Shown here: in pieces, positions 46,102 to 56,506 of the stretch | How positions within the stretch are numbered: the first letter of the stretch is position 1 | How the letters are laid out: every line of letters begins with the position of its first letter | Assembly: GCA_017468345.1 (NCBI GenBank) | Contig: JAFUIT010000046.1 | Coordinates: 1-62,165 of the forward strand | Direction: 5' to 3' | Origin: Clostridia bacterium | GTDB lineage: Bacteria; Bacillota; Clostridia; Christensenellales; Borkfalkiaceae | Length of the DNA: 62,165 nucleotides | The notes under the pieces: generated by a model | Seen by the model: only the letters and a program-made list of their open reading frames with translations | Databases searched by the model: none | What the model was told of the DNA's origin: nothing | Program-made: the position numbers and the translations under genes

Positions 46102-47261
46102 TCTGCTATTACTTCCTTTAACGTTTTTATTGCTTTCTTTAATTGTTCCATGGGAATATTCAAAGCGGGCAACAAGCGCACCTTATGTTTCGCTTTGATG
46201 ACCAAAACACCCCTTTCGCGGCATTTTGCAATCACTTCTCCCGCGTCTTTTTCACATTCGACGCCGATCATCAAGCCCTTGCCCGATACCGATTTTACAC
46301 CTTTTGCGCCCATAAGCTCGGTGAAAATATACGCGCTCTTTTCACGCACTTCCTTAAGTAAATGATCGTCGATACGCTTTAAAATACTCAACGCGCCCGC
46401 ACAAGCCACGGGGTTGCCGCCGAAAGTCGATCCGTTCATGCCTGCGGTAAATAAGTTTTCCACTCTTTCCCCAAGCATGGTCGCGCCGATGGGCAAGCCG
46501 CCACCCAACCCCTTCGCCGTCGTTACAACGTCGGGGGTGATGCCGTAATCCATATATGCGTATAAATCGCCCGTCCTGCCGTTGCCTGTTTGTACTTCGT
46601 CCACAACAAGCAGTATATCTTCCTCTTTGACCAGTTTTTCAAGCTCGGCAACGTACTCTTTATTCAACGCCGTAACGCCGCCTTCGCCTTGTACAAGCTC
46701 GATCATCACCGCACAGCATTTGTGCGTTTTTACGAGGTTTTTCACGCTGTCGATGTCGTTTGCGTCCGCAAACACAAACCCCTCCGTCATGGGAGTAAAA
46801 TATTCGTGGAATACCTCCTGCCCCGTTGCGGAAAGCGTCGTGATCGTTCTGCCGTGAAAGCTGTTTTTCAGGGTAATGATTGTGTAACAATCCTTCCCTT
46901 TTTTCGTCTGCCCGTAATGGCGCGCCGCTTTGATCGCGCATTCGTTCGCCTCCGCGCCGCTGTTGGAGAAAAATACCTTTTTCATGCCCGTACGCAGGCA
47001 AAGTTCTTGGGCGAGCAAAGCGCAAGGCTCGCTGTAATAGAGGTTGGACGTGTGTTGAATTTTATCCAACTGCGCGATAACGGCTTGTTTCCATTCATCA
47101 TCCGCAACGCCGAACCCGTTTACGGCGATCCCCGTACCGAGGTCGATATATTCTTTCCCCGTTTCGTCTTTCACGATCGAACCTTTCCCCTCCACAAGCT
47201 GTAAAGGGAAACGCGCGTACGTACCTGCAATATATTGTTTGTCTATTTCGATAATGTTCAT
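46098..47261 (-). CDS. argD: acetylornithine aminotransferase
   Basis: Class-III aminotransferase (DEVQTGNGRTG, TTAKGLGGG). ATGA overlap with argF. Confidence 0.9.
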   Translation of the reverse strand: MNIIEIDKQYIAGTYARFPLQLVEGKGSIVKDETGKEYIDLGTGIAVNGFGVADDEWKQAVIAQLDKIQHTSNLYYSEPCALLAQELCLRTGMKKVFFSNSGAEANECAIKAARHYGQTKKGKDCYTIITLKNSFHGRTITTLSATGQEVFHEYFTPMTEGFVFADANDIDSVKNLVKTHKCCAVMIELVQGEGGVTALNKEYVAELEKLVKEEDILLVVDEVQTGNGRTGDLYAYMDYGITPDVVTTAKGLGGGLPIGATMLGERVENLFTAGMNGSTFGGNPVACAGALSILKRIDDHLLKEVREKSAYIFTELMGAKGVKSVSGKGLMIGVECEKDAGEVIAKCRERGVLVIKAKHKVRLLPALNIPMEQLKKAIKTLKEVIAE

Positions 47262-47356
47262 AATTTCTTTTTTTATGGATTGATCTTTAGTTTCACAGCG
47301 TATCTGACTTAAAAAACGAACGCTAAGACACTAAGACTAGCCGCAAGATTATCTTG

Positions 47357-48235
47357 CTAGATTTTGTTTCCCGATACGACCATGGTACCGATCCCTTCGT
47401 CCGTCAGCGTTTCGATGAGAATGGAGTGCGGAATACGCCCGTCGATGATAAACACTTTTTTCACGCCGCGACGGATCGCGTCGATACAGCATTGAATTTT
47501 GGGGATCATTCCGCCCACGATGACGCCGTCACGAATGAGTTTGGGCGCGTCGGAAACGTAGATCTTGGGGATCAGCGTAGAAGGATCGTCCTTATCGTAA
47601 CACAGCCCTACCGTGTCCGTCATGGAGATCAAGCTTTCCGCCTTCAAAGCGCCTGCAATACGCGCCGCGGCGGTGTCTGCGTTGATGTTGTAGGTATGTC
47701 CGTTCAAATCAAACCCAACGGTGGAAATAACGGGGATATACCCCTTTTCCAAAACGTCTACAATAGAGGAAACGTCCACGTCGGTAATATTCCCCGCAAA
47801 GAAGTGCACGTCGTCCACTTTTTCCGCTTTTAACATATGGCCGTCGATACCGCAAAGCCCGATGGCCTTGCCGCCTTTGCTTTGCAACAAGTTGACAAGG
47901 TTTTTATTCACCTTGCCCGCAAGCACCATCTGCACGATATCCATCGTTTCTTGATCGGTTACGCGAAGTCCGTCGATAAATTCGGATTTCTTCCCGATTT
48001 TTCCGAGCATTTCGGTGATTTCAGGGCCGCCGCCGTGTACCAAAACGACTTTTACACCGATGAGGGACAGAAGTACGATATCCCCCATCACCGCCTCTTT
48101 CAATTCGTCGTTGATCATCGCGTTGCCGCCGTATTTTACCACAACGACTTTGTCATAATATTTTTGTATGTAGGGCAACGCTTGGGTCAATACCTCCGCG
48201 CGTTGCGCCGTCGTCAATTTTTCCATCTTTTCCAT
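47357..48235 (-). CDS. argB: acetylglutamate kinase
   Basis: VVVKYGGNAM, VLVHGGGP. Confidence 0.93.
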   Translation of the reverse strand: MEKMEKLTTAQRAEVLTQALPYIQKYYDKVVVVKYGGNAMINDELKEAVMGDIVLLSLIGVKVVLVHGGGPEITEMLGKIGKKSEFIDGLRVTDQETMDIVQMVLAGKVNKNLVNLLQSKGGKAIGLCGIDGHMLKAEKVDDVHFFAGNITDVDVSSIVDVLEKGYIPVISTVGFDLNGHTYNINADTAAARIAGALKAESLISMTDTVGLCYDKDDPSTLIPKIYVSDAPKLIRDGVIVGGMIPKIQCCIDAIRRGVKKVFIIDGRIPHSILIETLTDEGIGTMVVSGNKI

Positions 48236-48270
48236 AGTTATTCTTCCTTTTATTTACAATGCGCCAGACA

Positions 48271-48386
48271 CAGTACGCACCTAAAACGGTGCAGATTCGA
48301 GTAGTTCAAGGAGCAGGAACATTCTTACAGTATGCACCTCGTGTAACGTCGTAGATACGAGTAGTTCAAGGCGTGGCGAGTATGCC
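48271..48386. repeat. imperfect tandem repeat, period ~60 bp, in the argJ-argB spacer
   Basis: CGAGTAGTTCAAGG at 48298-48311 and 48358-48371. CAGTAYGCACCT at 48271-48282 and 48328-48339. A partial third AGTATGCC at 48379-48386. Confidence 0.8.
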
Positions 48387-48450
48387 GACAGGAGTGTACA
48401 AGACTGAGGCACACGGAGGCACAACGCAGAAATGCGAAGTATATACGGCG

Positions 48451-49665
48451 TTACGTTCTATAATCGCCGTTGATCTTGACGTAATCATACGTCAAATCAC
48501 ACCCCCAAGCAACCGCTTTGCCGTCGCCGTCGCCGAGCGTGATCAATACTTCGATTTCGCTTTCAAGTAAAATTTCTTTGGCTTTTTCTTCGGAGAATTC
48601 TACTCCAGCGCCATTTTCGCAAACAACGACCGAGCCCTTTTTCGAACGGAAACAAACGCCCACTTTCATAATGTCGACGTCCGCGCCTGCATACCCGATC
48701 GCGCACAGTACGCGCCCCCAGTTTGCGTCCGCGCCGAACATTGCTGCCTTGAACAGAGAGGAACAAATAACCGATTTCGCCACCGTTTTCGCCGTTTGTT
48801 CGTCTTTTGCGCCGCATACCTTGCATTCCAGCAGTTTCGTCGCGCCTTCGCCGTCCCCTGCGATCTTGCGGCAAAGATAGGTCGTTACTGCATTCAATGC
48901 CTCGCAGAACGCGTCAAAATCCGCGCCGTCCGCCGTGATCTCGGCATTTTCCGCCTCTCCGTTTGCTAAAACGGACACCATATCGTTGGTCGAAGTATCA
49001 CCGTCAATGCTGATCATATTGAACGAGTCCTTCACGTCCGCACTCAACGCCTTTTGCAGCATTTGAGCGGAAATTTTACAGTCGGTCGTCACGAATACGA
49101 GCATCGTCGCCATGTTGGGATGGATCATACCGCTGCCCTTCGCAATACCGCCGATACGGCAAGTTTTTCCGCCGACCGTAAACTCGAATGCGATTTCTTT
49201 GGGACGGGTATCCGTCGTCATAATCCCTTCGCAAGCCAAGTCGCTGTGATCGCCAAGCCCTTCGACGAGGGCAGGGATACCGCTTGCAATCGGCGTAATA
49301 TCCAAAGGCTGACCGATGACGCCTGTGGACGCCACTACAACGTCCGTTGCGTCAATTTTCAACGCCTTGGCAACCAACTGACAAGTCTTTTCCGCAATCT
49401 CGATGCCGTTGGCGTTGCAAGTATTTGCGTTGCCGCTGTTGCAAATGACCGCCTGCGCTTTCCCGTCCGCGATATTGTTTTTCGTCACGGTCAAGGGCGC
49501 GCCTTTTACCAAATTTCGCGTATAAACAGCCGCCGCCGTTGCGGGCGTCGCCGTGTAAATCAGCGCCAAATCGCGCTTGGTTTTGTTTTTACGGATACCG
49601 CAGTGTACGCCGTTTGCCGTAAAGCCTTTCGCGGCGCAAACGCCGCCTTTGATTTGTTTCAACAT
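48451..49665 (-). CDS. argJ: bifunctional ornithine acetyltransferase / N-acetylglutamate synthase
   Basis: Self-cleavage region HPNMATMLVFVTTD and full ArgJ length. Confidence 0.93.
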   Translation of the reverse strand: MLKQIKGGVCAAKGFTANGVHCGIRKNKTKRDLALIYTATPATAAAVYTRNLVKGAPLTVTKNNIADGKAQAVICNSGNANTCNANGIEIAEKTCQLVAKALKIDATDVVVASTGVIGQPLDITPIASGIPALVEGLGDHSDLACEGIMTTDTRPKEIAFEFTVGGKTCRIGGIAKGSGMIHPNMATMLVFVTTDCKISAQMLQKALSADVKDSFNMISIDGDTSTNDMVSVLANGEAENAEITADGADFDAFCEALNAVTTYLCRKIAGDGEGATKLLECKVCGAKDEQTAKTVAKSVICSSLFKAAMFGADANWGRVLCAIGYAGADVDIMKVGVCFRSKKGSVVVCENGAGVEFSEEKAKEILLESEIEVLITLGDGDGKAVAWGCDLTYDYVKINGDYRT

Positions 49666-49689
49666 ATTTTTCCTTTCTCTCTTTTTTTC

Positions 49690-50619
49690 TTACAGTACAA
49701 GTCCTTTCGTGCGCTCCGCGCCGATCGCCATATTCATACATTCCACCGCCGCGCCGCTTGCACCTTTGCCGAGGTTGTCGTACCCTGCGATGAGTAAAAT
49801 TCGGTCGGCGTTGCCTGCAACCGTCACTTTCATACAATCCTTACCCGATACGGCAAGCCCGGACAAAAGTCCGTTTTCGTCCAAAGTTTCCACGTATTCA
49901 ACGAACGCGCCCTTGTATTTTTCACGGTAAACCGCTTTAACCGTTTCCGCGTCCCCTTTCAAAAGCTGGCTTTTAAACAAAGGCACCGTTACCGTCATAC
50001 CGCTGTAAAAATCCGATACGATCGGGCAAAATATCGGATCGCTTTCCAAACCCGTGATCGCTTTCATTTCTTTCAAGTGCTTATGCTGCTGCCCCAAGGC
50101 GTACTGTCTTGGCGCGTCCAACAAGGGGTTTCTATCCTCGCTTTCGTAATCGGCGATCATTTTTTTGCCGCCGCCCGAATATCCCGTGATCGAATGACAA
50201 GTCAACAGCGCGTCCGCGCTCAACAGCCCCGCCTCTATCAAGGGGTAAACAAGAGCGATAAAACCGCTTGCGTGACAACCGGGTACTGCGATCCGCTTGG
50301 AGGAAAGAATTTTCTCCTCGTGCGCTTTGGACAGTTCGGGAAAACCGTATGCCCATTCGGGCAAAGTCCTATGCGCCGTACTTGCGTCGATGACGACCGT
50401 GTTCGGGTTATCGACGAGGGAAACGGATTCTCTTGCCGCGTCGTCGGGCAGGCATAAAAATACTACGTCCGCCTTGTTTATCATTTCCTTGCGCGCCGCA
50501 GGGTCTTTTCTTTTTTCTTCGGGCAAGGAAATAATTTCCACGTCCTCACGGCAGGACAACCGTTCGTATATCCGCAAGCCCGTCGTGCCCGCACTGCCGT
50601 CTATAAATACTTTTTTCAT
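49690..50619 (-). CDS. argC: N-acetyl-gamma-glutamyl-phosphate reductase (short type)
   Basis: 309 aa; active-site VPGCHASG. Confidence 0.9.
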   Translation of the reverse strand: MKKVFIDGSAGTTGLRIYERLSCREDVEIISLPEEKRKDPAARKEMINKADVVFLCLPDDAARESVSLVDNPNTVVIDASTAHRTLPEWAYGFPELSKAHEEKILSSKRIAVPGCHASGFIALVYPLIEAGLLSADALLTCHSITGYSGGGKKMIADYESEDRNPLLDAPRQYALGQQHKHLKEMKAITGLESDPIFCPIVSDFYSGMTVTVPLFKSQLLKGDAETVKAVYREKYKGAFVEYVETLDENGLLSGLAVSGKDCMKVTVAGNADRILLIAGYDNLGKGASGAAVECMNMAIGAERTKGLVL

Positions 50620-51989
50620 AAACTTTCCTTAATTGCTTTAATTTGTTCGCGTACCGATTTCGGGGAAGCGCCGCCTTTGCTCAAACGCTTGTTTACGCAG
50701 GTTTCAAGCGAAATTTCCCCGTACAAATCCTCCGCAAACAGCTCGCTGTGTTTTTGGTATTCCGACAAAGGTAAATTATCCAGCACACAGTCCTTTTCAA
50801 TACATTCGGCAACGATCGTGCCGACAATTTTATACGCCGCGCGGAATGGCATACCTTTCTTTACGAGATAATCGGCAAGGTCGGTCGCGTTGATAAATCC
50901 CTTTTGCGCCGCGCGGTAGGTATTTTTGCCGTTCACTTGCATCGTCGCAAGCATGGGCGCAAGCACCTCCAAACACATTTTGACGGTATCGAGCGAATCG
51001 AAAATCGCCTCCTTATCCTCCTGCATATCCTTGTTGTAGGCAAGGGGCAAGCCTTTCAAAGCCGTCAACAAGCCCATCAAATTGCCGTATACACGCCCCG
51101 TCTTACCGCGGATCAGTTCCGCCATGTCGGGGTTTTTCTTTTGCGGCATAATCGACGAGCCCGTGGTGTACGAATCGTCTAAATCGATGAACTTGAACTC
51201 CCAACTCGACCATAAAATGAGTTCTTCGCTCAAACGGGACAAGTGCATCATAAGGATGGAAAACGCGCTCATGAGTTCCAAACAAAAATCACGGTCGGAA
51301 ACGCCGTCGATGCTGTTTAACGACACGCCGCTAAAACCGAGCGCCGCCGCCGTCATATCGCGGTCGATGGGATAAGTCGTACCTGCCAAAGCGCAACTAC
51401 CCAAAGGACATTCGGCATTCATACGCGCCACGGCGTCCTTGATCCTGCCCATATCGCGGCGCAACATCATCGCATACGCCAACAGTTGATGCGCAAACGA
51501 AATGGGTTGCGCGCGTTGCAAATGGGTATACCCAGGCGCGATAACGTCCGCATTTTTCTCCGCTTGGCCTACAAGCGCGATCAAAACTTCTTTGATCAGC
51601 GAAACGACTTCTTCCGCCTCGTCGCGAAGGTATAAACGGATATCCACCGCTACCTGATCGTTACGGCTGCGCGAAGTGTGCAAACGTTTGCCTGCGTCCC
51701 CGATGCGTTTGGTCAACTCCGCCTCGATGAACATATGAATATCCTCGGCATTCTCGTCAAACGCCAAAACGCCGCTGTCAATATCCTTTTTTATACCGTT
51801 CAACCCGTCTATGATGAGGTTTTTGTCCTCTTTGGACAATATCCCTACACTTTCCAGCATCGTCGCGTGCGCGATCGAGCCGCGAACGTCCTGCGCGTAC
51901 ATTCTGCAATCGAACCGTAAGGACGAATTGAAGTCGTCCGCCTTTTTATCCAACGCTTTTTGAAAGCGTCCTGCCCACATTTTTTCCAT
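50616..51989 (-). CDS. argH: argininosuccinate lyase
   Basis: Fumarate-lyase signature [12 protein letters not shown]. Start at MEKMWAGRF. Confidence 0.93.
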   Translation of the reverse strand: MEKMWAGRFQKALDKKADDFNSSLRFDCRMYAQDVRGSIAHATMLESVGILSKEDKNLIIDGLNGIKKDIDSGVLAFDENAEDIHMFIEAELTKRIGDAGKRLHTSRSRNDQVAVDIRLYLRDEAEEVVSLIKEVLIALVGQAEKNADVIAPGYTHLQRAQPISFAHQLLAYAMMLRRDMGRIKDAVARMNAECPLGSCALAGTTYPIDRDMTAAALGFSGVSLNSIDGVSDRDFCLELMSAFSILMMHLSRLSEELILWSSWEFKFIDLDDSYTTGSSIMPQKKNPDMAELIRGKTGRVYGNLMGLLTALKGLPLAYNKDMQEDKEAIFDSLDTVKMCLEVLAPMLATMQVNGKNTYRAAQKGFINATDLADYLVKKGMPFRAAYKIVGTIVAECIEKDCVLDNLPLSEYQKHSELFAEDLYGEISLETCVNKRLSKGGASPKSVREQIKAIKESL

Positions 51990-52057
51990 ACTTTTATACG
52001 CACTTTGCCTACCACCGCAGGTGATAGGCAAGATTACTCCGTTATTTATAGTGACGA

Positions 52058-53284
52058 TTATTTATTGTTCTTTTGGTTGACTTCCGCCTGCACCTTGATG
52101 GGCAATCCGAACAAATTGATAAAGCCCGTTGCGTCCGCTTGATTGTAAACGTGGTCTTCGCCGAAGGTAGCGATTTCTTCCGAATACAGCGAATAATCGC
52201 TCCATGCGCCCGCCTTGATGATGTTGCCTTTGTACAGTTTCAAGCGCACTTTACCCGTTACGTTTTCCTGCGTTTTGTCTACGAACGCGGAAAGCGCTTC
52301 GCGCAAGGGGGTAAACCACTGTCCGTTGTAAACGAGTTCCGCAAAGCATACGGACAGTTCCTGCTTTTTATGCGAAGTGTATTTGTCCAAGCAAAGGGTT
52401 TCCAAATAGCTGTGCGCCGCGTACAAAATTTCACCGCCGGGGGTTTCGTATACGCCGCGGCACTTCATGCCGACCAAACGGTTTTCCACGATATCCAAAA
52501 GCCCGATACCGTTTTCGCCGCCCACTTTGTTGAGCGCAAGGATAATTTCTTTCGCGCTCATCTTCTTGCCGTCCAAAGCAACCGGCTTGCCCTTTTCAAA
52601 ATCCAACGTGATATACGTAGGTTTATCGGGTGCTTTCAAGGGGGAAACGCCCAATTCGAGGAATCCGTCCTTTTCATACAAAGGTTCGTTGCCCGCGTCT
52701 TCCAAATCCAAACCTTCGTGGCTCAAATGCCAAAGGTTTTTATCCTTGGAATAGTTGGTTTCACGGTTGATCTTCAAAGGCACGTTGTGCGCTTCGGCAT
52801 ATTCGATTTCTTCTTCACGCGATTTGATCGACCATTCGCGCCAAGGTGCGATGATATGCATATCGGGTGCAAACGCCTTGATCGTCAGTTCAAAACGCAC
52901 CTGATCGTTGCCCTTACCCGTACAGCCGTGGCAAATGGCGTCCGCGCCTTCTTTCTTTGCGATTTCGACCATGCGCTTTGCAATCACGGGACGTGCAAAC
53001 GACGTACCCAAAAGATATTCTTCATACTTCGCGCCCGCCATCATCGTAGGGATCACGTAATCGTCCACGAATTCGTCCGTCAAGTCCTCAATGTAAATTT
53101 TAGACGCGCCCGTTTTGATGGCTTTTTCTTCCAAGCCTTCCAACTCGTCCGCCTGCCCTACGTTCGCGCTGACCGCGATGACTTCGCAGTTGTTGTAGTT
53201 TTCCTTCAACCAAGGAATAATGATCGAAGTATCCAAACCGCCCGAATAAGCAAGTACTACTTTTTTGATGTCTTTTTTTTCCAT
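52058..53284 (-). CDS. argG: argininosuccinate synthase
   Basis: [11 protein letters not shown]. Start at MEKKDIKK, which follows AAGGAG. Confidence 0.93.
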   Translation of the reverse strand: MEKKDIKKVVLAYSGGLDTSIIIPWLKENYNNCEVIAVSANVGQADELEGLEEKAIKTGASKIYIEDLTDEFVDDYVIPTMMAGAKYEEYLLGTSFARPVIAKRMVEIAKKEGADAICHGCTGKGNDQVRFELTIKAFAPDMHIIAPWREWSIKSREEEIEYAEAHNVPLKINRETNYSKDKNLWHLSHEGLDLEDAGNEPLYEKDGFLELGVSPLKAPDKPTYITLDFEKGKPVALDGKKMSAKEIILALNKVGGENGIGLLDIVENRLVGMKCRGVYETPGGEILYAAHSYLETLCLDKYTSHKKQELSVCFAELVYNGQWFTPLREALSAFVDKTQENVTGKVRLKLYKGNIIKAGAWSDYSLYSEEIATFGEDHVYNQADATGFINLFGLPIKVQAEVNQKNNK

Positions 53285-53338
53285 AATATTCTCCTTTGAC
53301 GCATGGTTGCGTTGCATTTATATTCACTTTATGCAATT

Positions 53339-53367
53339 ATTATACACTTGCATTTGCCCTTTGTCAA
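53339..53367 (-). promoter_or_regulatory. arg operon promoter
   Basis: Minus strand reads TTGACA, 17 nt, TATAAT. Confidence 0.65.
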
Positions 53368-53397
53368 ACACTTTTATCCCTTTATTTTTCAAGTTTT

Positions 53398-53443
53398 TTG
53401 AATATTTTTTGCATACTTTGCATAATTGCATAAATTGTTGCAT
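53398..53443. promoter_or_regulatory. cluster of five TTGMAT (ATKCAA) hexamers; candidate ArgR/AhrC operator array
   Basis: TTGAAT at 53398 and TTGCAT at 53409, 53418, 53426 and 53438. Further copies at 53312-53326 (TGAATATAAATGCAA on the minus strand) and within the promoter spacer. Confidence 0.5.
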
Positions 53444-53445
53444 AA

Positions 53446-55851
53446 TTACTTGATTTTTGCATAAATTTCTTCAGCGTAGCGCACTGCGCCCATGCCGTCT
53501 TTGGCATAACCGTCCGCGCCAAGCTTTGCGGCGTATTCCTCGGTCAGCACCGCGCCGCCCACCAAAATTTTCACAGCAGGGGCTTTTTCGCGAAGCAAGT
53601 CGATCGTTTCCGCCATGGAGGGCAAAGTCGTCGTCATCAGCGCCGACAGCCCGACGATGGGCGCGTTTTCCGCTTGCGCCGCATTCAGCACCGTTTCGGG
53701 CGGAATGTCGCGGCCCAAATCAATGACGGTAAAACCGTAATTTTCAAGCAGCGTACCGACAATATTTTTGCCGATGTCGTGGATATCCCCTTTCACCGTC
53801 GCAAGGACGATTTTGCATTTTTTCACCGAGCTACCAGCTTGCGACATATTCTTTTTGATTTGTTCAAACGCCGCTTTCGCCGCCTCCGCGCTCATCAAAA
53901 GCTGCGGCAAGTACGCACGCTTTTCCTCGTATGCTTTCCCGACCGTATCGAGGGCGGGGACGATTTCCGTTTCCACGATCTCCTGCGCGGAACGAACGCC
54001 AAGCAGGCTTTCGCACGCAACCGCCGCCTCCGTTTTCAAACCGCGGACGATGGCGCTTTGCAAAGGGGTTTCGCCGTGGATATTGCCCGATTGCGCCGCC
54101 GCTTGTACGACGGTTTGGAAAGCGGGCAATTTTTCCGTCGCAAAACGGATATATTCGCCGCAATTTTCATCTAAACCCTTTAAAGCGCAAAAAGCATAGT
54201 AGGTCTTTTGCATTTCGACGGAGTTGGGGTTCATGATCGCCGCTGACAGTCCGTTTTCAAGGGCAAGTGCAAAGAACGCCGCGTTGACGGTATCCCTTGC
54301 AGGCAAACCGAAGGAAACGTTGGAAACGCCAAGCGAAGTGTGTACGCCCAACTTTTGACGGATCATACGCAAAGCGGTAAGGGTCACCGTTGCCGCATTC
54401 TTATCCGCGCTGACCGTCATCGCAAGCGGATCGACGACGATATCCTTTTTGGAAATGCCGTATTTTGCCGCCTCGGCAACGATTTTTTCCGCGATCGCCA
54501 ATCTGTCTTCCGCCGTATCGGGTATGCCCTTTTCGTCCAAAGTCAGCGCAACCACTACGCCGCCGTATTTTTTCACCAAGGGGAATACCGCCGCCATGCT
54601 TTCCCGTTTCCCATTGACGGAGTTGACAAACGGTTTACCGTTGTAAAGGCGCATCGCCTTTTCCATCGCGGCGGAGTCGGAAGTGTCGATTTGCAAAGGC
54701 AGGTCGATGACCGCTTGCAGTTCTTTGACGTAACGGGGAAGTTCTTCCGCCTCGCAAATATCGGGCGCGCCCACGTTGACGTCCAAGATATGCGCTCCTT
54801 TTTCCTGCTGAACGATCCCTTCGTTCAGGATATACCCTACGTCCTTTTCCGCCAAAGCCTGACGGAAACGTTTTTTACCCGTCGGGTTGATACGTTCCCC
54901 GATCAAGAGGGGTTTATCAAACGCGACCGCGTGCGTATACGAGGACACGCAGGTGCGGTTTTTATCGGTGATGGGCAAAGGAGAAATCCCCTTCGTCTTT
55001 GCCGTTAACTTTTCAATATACGCAGGAGTCGTACCGCAACAGCCGCCGACCAGTCTTGCGCCCATTTTTACAAATTCCGCCGTTTCAAGGGCAAATTCTT
55101 CTTCCGTGACGTCGTAATAGGTATCCTTTCCGTCCGTTACGGGCAAGCCTGCGTTGGGCTTTACCAACACGGGTACAGAGGCAACTTTCAACAGTTTCTC
55201 CACGATACCGCGCATTTGTTTCGGGCCGAGCGAGCAGTTGACGCCCACGGCGTCCGCGCCCATACCTTCCACCAAAGCGACCATCGCTTCGGGAGAAGCG
55301 CCCGTCATCAATTTTCCGTCCTCGCCGTACGCGCAGGACACCAAAACGGGCAAATCGCAATTTTCTTTTACGGCAAGCAGCGCCGCTTTCGTTTCGTACG
55401 AATCCCCCATCGTTTCGATAAGGACAAGATCCGCGCCGTATTTCACGCCGAGGCGCACCGTCTTCGCAAACGTTTCCACCGCGTCTTCAAATTCAAAGTC
55501 CCCGTACGGTTTTAACAGCTTTCCCGTAGGGCCGATATCCAGCGCAACGAACTTTTCCTGCGTTCCGTGCGATTTTTTCGCGCCCAAACGCGCGTTTTCG
55601 ATTGCCGCGCGGACAATTTCCTCCAACTCGTTTTCAGTAAATTTCAGGCAATTCGCGCCGAAAGTATTGGTCGCTACGACGTGACTGCCCGCGTTAAAAT
55701 AGGCGGCGTGGATCGCTTGCACTTCGCCTGCCTGCGTAACGTTCCAGCGTTCGGGCAATTCCCCCAAAGGCAGCCCCGCTTTTTGCAAAAGCGTGCCCAT
55801 TCCGCCGTCCAAATACACCGTATTTTGTTGTAAGAATTTTCTAAAATCCAT
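53446..55851 (-). CDS. metH: cobalamin-dependent methionine synthase lacking the activation domain
   Basis: Hcy-methyltransferase domain (YLDGGMGTLL, GGCCGTTP), a pterin-binding domain, and a B12 domain with DxHxxG (GDIHDIGKN). Start at MDFRKF. Confidence 0.9.
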   Translation of the reverse strand: MDFRKFLQQNTVYLDGGMGTLLQKAGLPLGELPERWNVTQAGEVQAIHAAYFNAGSHVVATNTFGANCLKFTENELEEIVRAAIENARLGAKKSHGTQEKFVALDIGPTGKLLKPYGDFEFEDAVETFAKTVRLGVKYGADLVLIETMGDSYETKAALLAVKENCDLPVLVSCAYGEDGKLMTGASPEAMVALVEGMGADAVGVNCSLGPKQMRGIVEKLLKVASVPVLVKPNAGLPVTDGKDTYYDVTEEEFALETAEFVKMGARLVGGCCGTTPAYIEKLTAKTKGISPLPITDKNRTCVSSYTHAVAFDKPLLIGERINPTGKKRFRQALAEKDVGYILNEGIVQQEKGAHILDVNVGAPDICEAEELPRYVKELQAVIDLPLQIDTSDSAAMEKAMRLYNGKPFVNSVNGKRESMAAVFPLVKKYGGVVVALTLDEKGIPDTAEDRLAIAEKIVAEAAKYGISKKDIVVDPLAMTVSADKNAATVTLTALRMIRQKLGVHTSLGVSNVSFGLPARDTVNAAFFALALENGLSAAIMNPNSVEMQKTYYAFCALKGLDENCGEYIRFATEKLPAFQTVVQAAAQSGNIHGETPLQSAIVRGLKTEAAVACESLLGVRSAQEIVETEIVPALDTVGKAYEEKRAYLPQLLMSAEAAKAAFEQIKKNMSQAGSSVKKCKIVLATVKGDIHDIGKNIVGTLLENYGFTVIDLGRDIPPETVLNAAQAENAPIVGLSALMTTTLPSMAETIDLLREKAPAVKILVGGAVLTEEYAAKLGADGYAKDGMGAVRYAEEIYAKIK

Positions 55852-55852
55852 C

Positions 55853-56506
55853 TTATTTTCTCCGCATTGCGCAATCGGTCTTTTCACAAACCGCACAACC
55901 CGTTTTTTCTTCTTTCTCAATCTTACTCAAGCCCACGACCGCGGTCACCGATTTGGTCGGACTCATCAAAAAACTGTCCGTCAGGGTCAAACCGATCTTT
56001 CGCGCGCAATCGAGTTCCGCAAAAAAATACTTCTGCGTTTCCAAGGGAAAATCTCCGTAGCCTACGCTAAAACGAGGACGGGGATAATACCCCTTCTCTT
56101 TCGCCTGCGCCTTTATATCCGCGCAAAAGGCGTCGCAAAGGCTTTCGATACGCTCCGCGCCGATCGCCTGAAACAGCCATGATTTCGTCACCGAAACGTT
56201 GGCGTATTTTGCAATCAAGCGGTCGATATCAAGCCCCACCGTCGCCGCAAACGCCACCGTATAATCGCACCCGTCCAAATTTTTTCGCAACGCTTTGCTT
56301 TGCGCCTGAAAACGTTTGAAAAAATCCTCCGTTTCAAACACGCGGTAACAAACGCGGTAGGAAAATGCCTTTTCGCATTCGCACAAGGCGTCCTCCAAAA
56401 GCGCCGTCCCAGCCGCAAAATCGTTTTTACACCCCGCATACCGCAGAATTTCTTGACGGTCGAAAGGCGAGGACGGATAGGTTTTTACAAATACGCCGTT
56501 AAGCAT
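55853..56506 (-). CDS. methionine synthase activation (AdoMet-binding) domain protein, stand-alone
   Basis: 217 aa; QEILRYAGCKND N-terminus and a C-terminal Cys cluster, CAVCEKTDC. Position between metF and metH. Confidence 0.65.
   Translation of the reverse strand: MLNGVFVKTYPSSPFDRQEILRYAGCKNDFAAGTALLEDALCECEKAFSYRVCYRVFETEDFFKRFQAQSKALRKNLDGCDYTVAFAATVGLDIDRLIAKYANVSVTKSWLFQAIGAERIESLCDAFCADIKAQAKEKGYYPRPRFSVGYGDFPLETQKYFFAELDCARKIGLTLTDSFLMSPTKSVTAVVGLSKIEKEEKTGCAVCEKTDCAMRRK

Noticed and set aside
48271-48386. Possible CRISPR array
   Set aside because: There are only two full copies, and they are imperfect. The conserved blocks are 12-14 nt rather than 24-40 nt, there are no cas genes, and the repeat lies inside an operon. 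It is retained as a repeat finding, not as CRISPR.
52073-53299. 408-aa ORF on the plus strand
   Set aside because: It is antisense to argG and is a shadow ORF. The same applies to 4679-5755 (antisense UDPGP), 23066-24142 (antisense secA), 28390-29211 (antisense metK), 16702-17523 (antisense to the membrane-protein gene), 21860-22681 (antisense prfB) and 47354-48304 (antisense argB).
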